NCBI GenBank assembly: GCA_051294905.1
Contig: CM119371.1
Location: 21,082,001-21,146,000, forward strand
Length of the DNA stretch: 64,000 nucleotides
Reading direction: 5' to 3'
Source of the DNA: Botryllus schlosseri
Taxonomy: Eukaryota
Shown here: piece after piece, positions 63,720-64,000 of the stretch
How positions within the stretch are numbered: the first letter of the stretch is position 1
How the letters are laid out: each line of letters starts with the position of its first letter
Notes under the pieces: model-generated
Databases searched by the model: none
Told to the model about the DNA's origin: nothing
The model's input: only the letters and a program-made list of their open reading frames with translations
Program-made: the position numbers and the translations under genes

Positions 63720-63967
63720 CTGAGAATATATCGGTATGCATAATGCACTGTCCATGTATCATGTCGTGTGTCATCTATGCCCACATTGAATGTACAGAGT
63801 CGTCGCATGATGATACTTGGGAACATGAATTTGTTTTCCATGATGTTTGTACACCGACACATTGTATGTACACCTCGTTTACGCGAATACTTGTGAACAA
63901 TCGTGAAGTACTTGATGTGATGGTGTATGCATTGGTATTTTTCATGGAGACAAAACACGGTCTGTAA
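63716..63967 (+). CDS. Small hypothetical Cys/His-rich protein crossing the loop/arm junction of copy B
   Basis: DVCTPTHCM...FTRIL is conserved in copy A (minus 11589-11530) mainly through synonymous changes; the left-arm mirror carries TGG>TGA. Start codon uncertain. Confidence 0.45.
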   Translation: MTENISVCIMHCPCIMSCVIYAHIECTESSHDDTWEHEFVFHDVCTPTHCMYTSFTRILVNNREVLDVMVYALVFFMETKHGL

Positions 63968-64000
63968 CATGTTTACTTGAATATTGGTCGTTGGTTCATG

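Larger units (their letters stand above)
57164..64000. mobile_element. Giant palindromic Polinton-like element, copy B (diverged subfamily; left end truncated, right arm runs off the window)
   Basis: Inverted homology to ~15047-17650, then direct homology to 8233-11600; own inverted repeat 62565-62795 / 63770-64000 (one mismatch seen in 231 bp) around a 974-bp loop. Confidence 0.8.

Noticed and set aside
1..64000. Uni-strand piRNA-cluster-like orientation bias
   Set aside because: Both LTR elements are on the minus strand but hAT, CACTA and SINE remnants occur on both; too few elements to claim a bias.

Overview
AT-rich animal (eukaryotic) DNA made almost entirely of nested transposable elements; I see no intact host gene and no prokaryotic features. 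The window holds: (1) a young, full-length Ty3/Gypsy (Mag-type) LTR retrotransposon at 1083-5489; (2) a non-autonomous BEL/Pao LTR element at 36965-41137 whose gag region carries an expanded 63-bp array; (3) two CACTA/EnSpm-type elements (a right end at 8232, and 51031-57163); (4) many hAT elements and MITEs, including a 1.6-kb fold-back; (5) three tRNA-derived SINEs. The most unusual structure is two diverged members of one family of giant palindromic elements, copy A (8233-18468) and copy B (57164 to beyond the window end). Copy A has arms of about 3 kb at >99% identity, a 711-bp loop, G-rich subterminal tandem repeats and a 5'-AGTAGT terminus of Polinton/Maverick type, but no recognisable Polinton gene. 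The two copies fold back at different points. I interpret them as independently generated 'copy-back' defective derivatives of a Polinton-like replicon; this is inference and needs flanking sequence and genome-wide searches. All family assignments come from motif recognition by eye, not database searches.
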